Assembly (NCBI GenBank): GCA_040772485.1
Contig: JAXGYC010000007.1
Span: forward strand, 544,001-608,000
DNA from: Sedimentisphaerales bacterium
Lineage (GTDB): Bacteria > Planctomycetota > Phycisphaerae > Sedimentisphaerales > Anaerobacaceae
Length of the DNA: 64,000 nucleotides
Reading direction: 5' to 3'
Shown: positions 57,063 to 64,000 of the stretch, piece by piece
Numbering within the stretch: the first letter of the stretch is position 1
How the letters are laid out: the number at the start of each line of letters is the position of its first letter
Made by a program: the position numbers and the translations under genes
The notes under the pieces: model-generated
Told to the model about the DNA's origin: nothing
Seen by the model: the letters and a program-made list of their open reading frames with translations, nothing else
Databases searched by the model: none

Positions 57063-60000
57063 TCAGAGCTTTCCGTACGCTCCCTGACGAATCAGGTCGA
57101 TTTCCGCCGTCGTCAGGATATCGTTGAACAGGACCACTTCGTCCAGCCAGCCGTCGAAATACCTCTCTTCCAGCGGGAGGTTGCCCAGGACCACCGGACC
57201 GTTGTTCACAGCAAGTTTCTCTTTGGCTGTGCCTACGACATCATACGCCAGAACACCCGCCGTGGCATCCCATATCCTCACATGGTAGCTGAGGTCTGCA
57301 TCGCGGTATGTGAACGCCACGTGATACCAGTGGTTCACGGACAGACGCTGATCCGGCGCGTCGAAGGTGTACGTGTTGAACGTCGCGCCGACGCCCGTGC
57401 CCAGACCGATGTACAGCACCCCCGTCGAGATGCCGAAGTTGCCCACGTAGATTCTCCAGGAGCGATCGTCGGTCGAAATCAGGTACTTGCCGATCACCGT
57501 GTTCTCATAGGCGAAGGTCCTGGGCTTCATCCAGAAGCAGATCGACATCTCGACGGCGGAATCGTCGCTGCGCGTCGGGAAATTGGCCGACAGATCGTCG
57601 TCGTCGATGCTCATCCAGTCACCCTGGCTCGCCAGGAACTCTCCGGCGCTGGCCCCTTCCCGGTAGTCGGTGGTGTTGGCCTGCACGCCGTAGTTGATCA
57701 GCATGTTCGTGCCGACCGAATCGGTCCCCAACTGCCCGTCTTCGAACCGCCACACGGCAGCGCAGTGGGCGTCGCCAGCAAAGTTGTTGCCGGTGCCGAT
57801 CGCTCCGTAGGAGGCCAGCAGTGTCACACCGGCGTACACCTGGTGCGCTTTGAGCATGATGTACCAATTGGCGGCGGCGGGATTGGCGATCTGCACACTC
57901 TCCTCGTTGCCGACAAGGTATGGGCGGTAGTCATAGCTTGTGGTGGTGGGCTGCGAGCCTCTCTTGACATAGAGGTCGCAGTCGCCGGTGCCGCCGGAGA
58001 TGGAGATGTTCAGGAAATCCTGTCCGGCGGGAACCACAATCAGGTAGAACTTCTCGCCGCCACCCGTGCCCGACAGACCCGACAGAGGAACGGCGTTGGT
58101 CAGAGTGACCACTGGAGTCGCCGAGGGCACGTATGTCGCCACCAGGGTCAGGCCCGTGTAGGCCTGATAGCCTCGCAGCATGATGTAGTAGGTGCCGGCC
58201 GACGGATTGTTGATCGTGACCGTCTCGTTGTTGCCGATCAGATATGGACGGTAGTCCCACTGCGCGGTCGTGGGCTTGCTGTCCTTGCGGACGTAGAGAT
58301 CCACGTCGCCGGTGCCGCCGGAAATCTGAATCACCAGGCTGGCCTGGCCGGCGGGCACGTCGATCTTGTAGTATGCTTCGCTGCTGCTGGCGCCGGACAG
58401 ACCCGTCACGGGAACGCCGTTGGCCAGCGGTGTCACGGTGTCCCCGCTGCCGCTGCCGTAGGTGGCCACGAGGCTCACGCCCGCGTAGGCTTGGTAGCCG
58501 CGGATCATGATAAGCCAGTTGCCACCCTGCGGATTGTCGATCGTGACGGTCTCGTTGTTGCCGATCAGATACGGACGGTAGTCGTAGTCCGACGTCGTCG
58601 GAGGGGCGTCCCTCTTGACGTACAGATCGGCGTCGCCGGTGCCGCCGGACATCTTGATCTCGAACTTCGTCTGGCCGGTGGGTACGATGATGCGATAGAA
58701 CTTCTCGCTGCCTTCGAGGCCGGAGATGTTGGTCACGGGCACGCCATTGTCGAGAAGGGTGACCGTCCCGGTGAACCAGTAGTCGGCGTTGAGGGTCACA
58801 TCGGCGTAGGCCGTCCGTCCCCGGAGCATGATGTACCACGTCCCGCCCTGCGGATTCTCGACGGTAACCGTCTCGTCGTTGCCCGACAGGTAGGGCCGGT
58901 AGTCCCAGCTCGACGTGGTGGGGATGGCATCCCAACGGACGTAGAGATCGCAGTTGCCGGTCCCGCCGAAGATCTTGATCTCCAGCACGGACTGCCCCGA
59001 GGGGACATCGATCTTGTAGACTTGTTCGCTGCCATTGGCCCCCGAGATGCCGGAGACAGGCACATTGTCTTCGATAACCGTCTCCTTCCCGTAGGTGGCG
59101 ACCAGCGTCACGCCGGAGTAGGCGTTGTTGCCTCGCAGCATGATATACCACGTGCCGCCGGTCGGATTGTTGACCGAGACGGTCTCATCGTTGCCGGAGA
59201 GGAACGGACGATAATCGTAATCCGTGGAGGTCGGGACCGCACCGAACTTGACGTAGAGATCGCAGTCGCCGGTGCCGCCGGAGATCTTGATTTGCAGACT
59301 GGTTTCGCCGGATGGAACCTCGATGGCGAAGATCCGCGCGCTGTTCTGCGCGCCGGCCAGGCCGGTGACGGGAACGCCGTTGCTCAGGAGCGTGCCCTCG
59401 CCGCCGCCGGTGTAGCTGGCCAGCAACGTCATGCCGGTGTAGGCACTATAGGCTCTGAGCATGATGTACCACGTCCCTGCGGTCGGGTTGTCGACGGTGA
59501 CGGATTCGTTGTTGCCGGAGAGGAACGGTCGATAGTCGTAATCGGTGGTGGTGGGCAGCGCCCCGCGTTTGACGTAGAGATCGCAGTCGCCGGTCCCGCC
59601 GGAGATGCTGATCTGGAGCTTGGTCTGTCCGCTCGGCACATCGATCTGGAAATACTTCTCGCCGCCGGCGGCATCGCTCAGACCGGTCACGGCTACGCCG
59701 TTGCTCAACGTCACCACGCTGAGGGTAGCCGAGTAGCTGGCCTGAAGGGTCAACCCGGAGAACGCGCTGTAGCCTCGCAGCATGATATACCACGTGCCGG
59801 CCGCCGGGCTTTCCACGAGCACCGTCTCGTTGTTTCCGACCTTGTAGGGCCGGTAATCATACGTGGTGGTGGTCGGCTCGGTGTCCTTACGCACATACAG
59901 ATCGCAGTCGCCGGTCCCGCCGGAGATTTGGATTTCCAGTTCGTCCTGCCCGCTCGGGACGACGATCATGTAGAACTGCTCGCTGCCGGTCGCTCCGGAA

Positions 60001-60122
60001 ATGCCGGTGACTGGAACGCCATTGCTCAGGCTGGTCGGAGCGCCGTAGGCCACCGAAGCCACGAGGCACAGGGCCACCAGGCCCACCAGGCCTCTCACAC
60101 GCGATTGACTCAGACCGTTCAT
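57063..60122 (-). CDS. Secreted protein with seven PPC domains and a C-terminal LamG-like domain
   Basis: Seven GGTG(D/N).DLYV...YDYRP...GN.E...G.WYIML repeats. C-terminal WYHVAFTY...FDG.LDEV..FN..LT..EI. Confidence 0.92.
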   Translation of the reverse strand: MNGLSQSRVRGLVGLVALCLVASVAYGAPTSLSNGVPVTGISGATGSEQFYMIVVPSGQDELEIQISGGTGDCDLYVRKDTEPTTTTYDYRPYKVGNNETVLVESPAAGTWYIMLRGYSAFSGLTLQASYSATLSVVTLSNGVAVTGLSDAAGGEKYFQIDVPSGQTKLQISISGGTGDCDLYVKRGALPTTTDYDYRPFLSGNNESVTVDNPTAGTWYIMLRAYSAYTGMTLLASYTGGGEGTLLSNGVPVTGLAGAQNSARIFAIEVPSGETSLQIKISGGTGDCDLYVKFGAVPTSTDYDYRPFLSGNDETVSVNNPTGGTWYIMLRGNNAYSGVTLVATYGKETVIEDNVPVSGISGANGSEQVYKIDVPSGQSVLEIKIFGGTGNCDLYVRWDAIPTTSSWDYRPYLSGNDETVTVENPQGGTWYIMLRGRTAYADVTLNADYWFTGTVTLLDNGVPVTNISGLEGSEKFYRIIVPTGQTKFEIKMSGGTGDADLYVKRDAPPTTSDYDYRPYLIGNNETVTIDNPQGGNWLIMIRGYQAYAGVSLVATYGSGSGDTVTPLANGVPVTGLSGASSSEAYYKIDVPAGQASLVIQISGGTGDVDLYVRKDSKPTTAQWDYRPYLIGNNETVTINNPSAGTYYIMLRGYQAYTGLTLVATYVPSATPVVTLTNAVPLSGLSGTGGGEKFYLIVVPAGQDFLNISISGGTGDCDLYVKRGSQPTTTSYDYRPYLVGNEESVQIANPAAANWYIMLKAHQVYAGVTLLASYGAIGTGNNFAGDAHCAAVWRFEDGQLGTDSVGTNMLINYGVQANTTDYREGASAGEFLASQGDWMSIDDDDLSANFPTRSDDSAVEMSICFWMKPRTFAYENTVIGKYLISTDDRSWRIYVGNFGISTGVLYIGLGTGVGATFNTYTFDAPDQRLSVNHWYHVAFTYRDADLSYHVRIWDATAGVLAYDVVGTAKEKLAVNNGPVVLGNLPLEERYFDGWLDEVVLFNDILTTAEIDLIRQGAYGKL

Positions 60123-60633
60123 TTCGAACTCCTCTCTCTATCTATACCTATGCCCACGATCTTGGTCCGGTCCCAGATGTTGGACGGATCGTCTACTAAC
60201 GCACTTGTGCCGATATCGACCGATTTCGTAACGGTTTTTCCGGTTTTTCCGGCCTTCGCAGACTTTTTTACGCGCGCTGACGAGCCGGACCGGTCTCCCG
60301 ATACCCGTATAAAGGCTTTTCCTAAAATGGCTTATGGACCACCACCGGCCGATCGTATGGCGAAACTGCCTCGGAATCGAGGCACGCCGTCGCCGCTTCC
60401 GTGAGACCGCCTCCGGCCGTACTCCAACCGTCCTGTGGCGAAAGGGAGGGCCGCTTCTTTCTCTCGCAAGTGCCTCCAGATACTACACTTGCAGACAACC
60501 TCCTCCCACGTGACCGGGTTTCGGGGACGCCCGAGACCCCGGCCACCGTGAAACACTCCTAATGCCTATTCTGACCGGTTCGTCCCAGAAGTCAAGTCCC
60601 GATCTGTCGCGAACCACTGGCAGAAGCGCCGCG

Positions 60634-63600
60634 TCACTGCCGCGGCATCAGCGTGATCGTGTCGGTCGCCAGGAGCGAGCCCAAGCTGTTGTGGGCGCCC
60701 AGGGTATACGCGCCGGGCGCCAAGTCGTCGGGCAGGTGGGTCTCCCACGCGGTCAGATCCAGCCAGTCCACCGTCAGAGTCTGCCCAGTTTCCACCACGT
60801 CGATCCTCTGGACGTGGATCCACCCGCGACCGCGTATCGCCACAGAGGACGCTGCCACCTCCTTCGCCGACGGCGCGGTGATCTCAAACGGGATGGGATT
60901 TCCCGCTCTGGCCAGGACCTGGTTCATCACCCGCTCGTACCGCTGGTCAATGTGAGCCAGCCAGCTCGGCCACGCCTGTTCCGGCAGCAATTGCGCGAAG
61001 TGATCGGCCCAGGCGGACAGGTACACCCTGTTGAAGCTGACCTGGAGGAAATCGTAGACGTTTCCGTAGAAGGCATGCGCCCACGCAGGCTTTCGCAGGA
61101 GCTTGTTCAGCACGCTGTTGCTCTCGAGGGCCTGGTTCGCATTGTAGTAGTCCAGGTCATGGGGAAAATACGTGAACCGACCGTCGGTGGGACGAAAGTA
61201 GAACATCGCGTTGTGACTGGAGTTGCTGATCCAGTTGTCCGTGATGCCAAACGTCGAGCCGACCGCGAACGCCTGGAGCCACTGCTCGACGTCGATCGTC
61301 TCGGCGATGGACGATTCGAACGCCGTCTGGCTGAGGCCCAAGGCCTGCGTCAGCCGGATCACAGGCTCATAATCATCCAGATCCCGGTTGTTCTTGATCA
61401 GAAAGTGCCAGCGGTATTTCTCCTTGTCGGTGCCCAGATAGTCCGTGACACTGCGTCCGTAGACGCCGCCGCCCTCCTGTGGGATCTTCAGTCCCTCCGG
61501 ATCGTTGCCCACCGTTTCGGCCAGCGTGTAGACCAGCTCATACTCGTACACGGTGCCGGCGCCGCCTTCTTCGCCGTACGCCTCTTCACAATAGACCGGG
61601 CCGTAGCGAGCCAACTGGACCTCGACGCCGCTGCACTGCTGTTGTCGGGGGGCGATGAGGTAGCCCAAGTCATGGTATTTGGAGAATCCGCCGAAACGAT
61701 TCATCGCGACATGCTGTAGCATCTCGCGCTGCCCGACCTGCTGGCCGTCGGAGCGGTCGAAACCGATGGTGCGATGCACGCCGCGAAACAGCTTCTCGGG
61801 ATTGAATCGCAGATGAAAGCCGATGCGAGGCTCCTTGGGCCGGCCGTGCTCGCTGCCCTTCAGATGCACGCCCACGTCGTAGTACACATCCTGCTCGTTG
61901 ACGATCAGCGTGGCCCCGAGGTGCTCGTTGCTCATGCGGTTGGTGGGCTCGTACAACAGGTCGCGCTCCGCGCCGCGCATGACGATGCGATAGTTGAACA
62001 CGCCGGTGGTCCTGGGCGCAAACGGACCGCTCGCCTGTGGAGGTTGGGACGGCCGCCCTGCCGCCAGATCGACCTGCAAGACCCGATACTGGGCAAAAGA
62101 CTTCGGGCCTGCGGCCGGGCAGAATGCGACGAGCCCGCGTCCGTCCTGCGCTTCGACGTAGAACTGCACAAGGGTGTGGCTCGCGTGCGGCGGGATGACG
62201 GCGGCGAAGCGATCCTCCTGCCCGCTCATCTCCGCGGCTTGCCATGTCCCGTTGTCCGGCCGATACCACAACGTGACCTTCTCGACGCCGTCCGGATCGG
62301 TGGCCCTGACAGCGACTTCCACCGTCTGATCGGGCATAGGAACCGACGGGCTGTGGCGAAGCGCCGTCATGGTCGGACCGATGTTTGGCTGCCGGCACGA
62401 ATTCGCACGTCCCGGCGTGCCTGAAAGCGAGGGCACCGCCAGAAGCGTGGTCCGGGCCAGCCGGTTGAAAAACAGACGCGTATGCAGCAGCGGCGAGCCG
62501 CTGATCCATTTGGCCCGAAATCGAATCTCGACCTCGCGCCCGTTGTTGATTCGCGCGCCGTTGGCGAACGTCGTCTCGGCGTGGTTGTGCATGTGCTCGG
62601 TAGGCCCGGTCGCCACCAGATGTAGAACCGGATTCGTTCCATCGCTCGGATCGGCCTCAATCGTGCTGTGGCGATGGTTGCCCACGATCCTCCAGTGATC
62701 GAGCCCGCGAGAGAAATCGCCGTTCTGAAGCCGTTCTTGCGCGGCGCCGCCCGGGTCTTCGATCACGTGAATGTCGTCGATCAGGATCTCGCCGGCGTCC
62801 AGCAGCCCCATGACGAACTCGTGATAGAGGCTGTCATTGCCCACCGCGCTGGCCTGCACGACGCCGCGATACGAGATTGTCTGCCAGCTCGATCGAGATG
62901 ATTCATCGCTGGCGGCCCACGCAGCGCCGCAGTCGTTGTCCGCCCACGGATCGCGCAGTTCCAGGCTGCGGCCGCCGCCGTCGGCCGCCTCAGGCCAGGT
63001 CCCTCCGTCATAGTAGCGCAGCCAATCGACGGGATTGCCTCGGGCATCCAGGAGTCTCAACGCCTCGCCCCCGTTGGCCAGACGCCCCTGAAAGTCTCCC
63101 ACGATAGGAACATCCGGCAATCGCGCGGCCAGGTACGCTCGATTGCGCGCCACGACCAGGTACCCGCCCGCGGGCAGAGACGTTCCGTCGGGAAATGTGT
63201 ACGCAATCCCTTTATCGAAGCTCCAGCCGGACAGATCGACCGTTGCACTCCCTCGATTGTAGAGTTCGACCCAGGTCTTCGATTCACCGTCCTGCTCTTC
63301 GTCGTCGGAGAAATCGGCCACGGTCGCCTCCAGCGTGGCTTGAAACAGGAGATCCGAGCTGCTCGCCTCGATGTTATGGCCCTCGATGGCCAGGATGTTG
63401 ACGCCCGCCCTCAGTGCACCGAGGTGAGCCGATACGTCGAAGCCCTGGTAGCTGACCGCCGCCATGTCGTCGTTCGAGGCGGCGGCCGGGTCGTCCCATG
63501 CTTCGGACCCGGACATGTTGGCGCTGGCGATGAGCGTGCCGTTAAGAAAGGCCAGAAAGCCGTCGTCGTATCGCATGTTGAGCGTCAGCGACGCGAGGGC

Positions 63601-64000
63601 GCCCGGATCAGCGACCTCGAAGGGGATGCGGATGTAAACCGTGTTGCGGCGGCCATACATCTCGGCGCGGACATCCACGTCAATGTAGGGCTCGTATCCC
63701 GAGCTGACCTCGAAACCAACACCTGTCCCCGAGCCCTGGACCCAGGCGCCGTCGTCGAACGGCTCCGATCCGCCGGTCCATCGCCGCCCGATTTGGTCGT
63801 CCTTCGGGACCAGGACCTTCACAGCCGCGCTCTCGTCGAACAGCAACAGGCGCTGCGCGTTGTCCACCGCAGGCAGAGCCATGGGGTGATACATGATCTC
63901 GTTGATCACGATATCCGTGCACAGCTCGACCTCGTCGGGCTGTCCGGGTGTGGCAAACGCAGCAAACAGCCACGGTCCCGTGCCGGCGGGATGCCGGCCT
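60634..64000 (-). CDS. Lamin-tail-domain / CotH kinase protein, 5' end outside window
   Basis: Frame open to the window edge. VINEIMY, WVELYN...DLSGW, G.SLEL, then CotH-like VHLKG, D.W.....HN, HDLD. Confidence 0.88.
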   Translation of the reverse strand, partial: GRHPAGTGPWLFAAFATPGQPDEVELCTDIVINEIMYHPMALPAVDNAQRLLLFDESAAVKVLVPKDDQIGRRWTGGSEPFDDGAWVQGSGTGVGFEVSSGYEPYIDVDVRAEMYGRRNTVYIRIPFEVADPGALASLTLNMRYDDGFLAFLNGTLIASANMSGSEAWDDPAAASNDDMAAVSYQGFDVSAHLGALRAGVNILAIEGHNIEASSSDLLFQATLEATVADFSDDEEQDGESKTWVELYNRGSATVDLSGWSFDKGIAYTFPDGTSLPAGGYLVVARNRAYLAARLPDVPIVGDFQGRLANGGEALRLLDARGNPVDWLRYYDGGTWPEAADGGGRSLELRDPWADNDCGAAWAASDESSRSSWQTISYRGVVQASAVGNDSLYHEFVMGLLDAGEILIDDIHVIEDPGGAAQERLQNGDFSRGLDHWRIVGNHRHSTIEADPSDGTNPVLHLVATGPTEHMHNHAETTFANGARINNGREVEIRFRAKWISGSPLLHTRLFFNRLARTTLLAVPSLSGTPGRANSCRQPNIGPTMTALRHSPSVPMPDQTVEVAVRATDPDGVEKVTLWYRPDNGTWQAAEMSGQEDRFAAVIPPHASHTLVQFYVEAQDGRGLVAFCPAAGPKSFAQYRVLQVDLAAGRPSQPPQASGPFAPRTTGVFNYRIVMRGAERDLLYEPTNRMSNEHLGATLIVNEQDVYYDVGVHLKGSEHGRPKEPRIGFHLRFNPEKLFRGVHRTIGFDRSDGQQVGQREMLQHVAMNRFGGFSKYHDLGYLIAPRQQQCSGVEVQLARYGPVYCEEAYGEEGGAGTVYEYELVYTLAETVGNDPEGLKIPQEGGGVYGRSVTDYLGTDKEKYRWHFLIKNNRDLDDYEPVIRLTQALGLSQTAFESSIAETIDVEQWLQAFAVGSTFGITDNWISNSSHNAMFYFRPTDGRFTYFPHDLDYYNANQALESNSVLNKLLRKPAWAHAFYGNVYDFLQVSFNRVYLSAWADHFAQLLPEQAWPSWLAHIDQRYERVMNQVLARAGNPIPFEITAPSAKEVAASSVAIRGRGWIHVQRIDVVETGQTLTVDWLDLTAWETHLPDDLAPGAYTLGAHNSLGSLLATDTITLMPRQ

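Noticed and set aside
56826..60404. 1192-aa plus-strand ORF
   Set aside because: Antisense shadow of the PPC gene caused by high-GC codon bias.
60355..60455. c-di-GMP-I riboswitch-like look (GGCGAAAC...CACGC...GCCTCCGGCC)
   Set aside because: Wrong strand for the adjacent gene, and it lacks the GAAA loop and GCAAAG junction.

Overview
High-GC, gene-dense bacterial window. The gene families (PQQ-propeller, prepilin/H-X9-DG, DUF1080, GLUG, LTD-CotH, many secreted CAZymes) suggest a planctomycete, probably Phycisphaerae/Sedimentisphaerales; this is an inference. Layout: (1) end of a large secreted protein and two orphan genes; (2) 4.2-20.3 kb, an ABC ATPase followed by six tandem ADOP/MacB-FtsX-type permeases, four of whose five junctions carry one conserved spacer made of inverted 7-bp repeat arrays of variable copy number; (3) 20.6-36.4 kb, a plus-strand block with tag, a prepilin/H-X9-DG gene, glycoside hydrolases and a histidine kinase fused to a CoA-disulfide reductase-rhodanese; (4) 36.5-53.4 kb, a minus-strand block with a REP-flanked DUF4288 gene, a GLUG protein plus M91-like peptidase, a sulfatase maturase carrying an in-frame REP array, a heparinase-like lyase, a probably secreted dikinase with glucan-water-dikinase domain order, cca and rsmD; (5) GH95, a zinc-ribbon microprotein, a 7xPPC-LamG protein and an LTD-CotH kinase. 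Several REP-like palindrome families occur between genes, inside genes and nested in each other. I saw no rRNA, tRNA, CRISPR, transposase, integrase or reverse transcriptase. All family assignments come from motif recognition by eye, with no database search.
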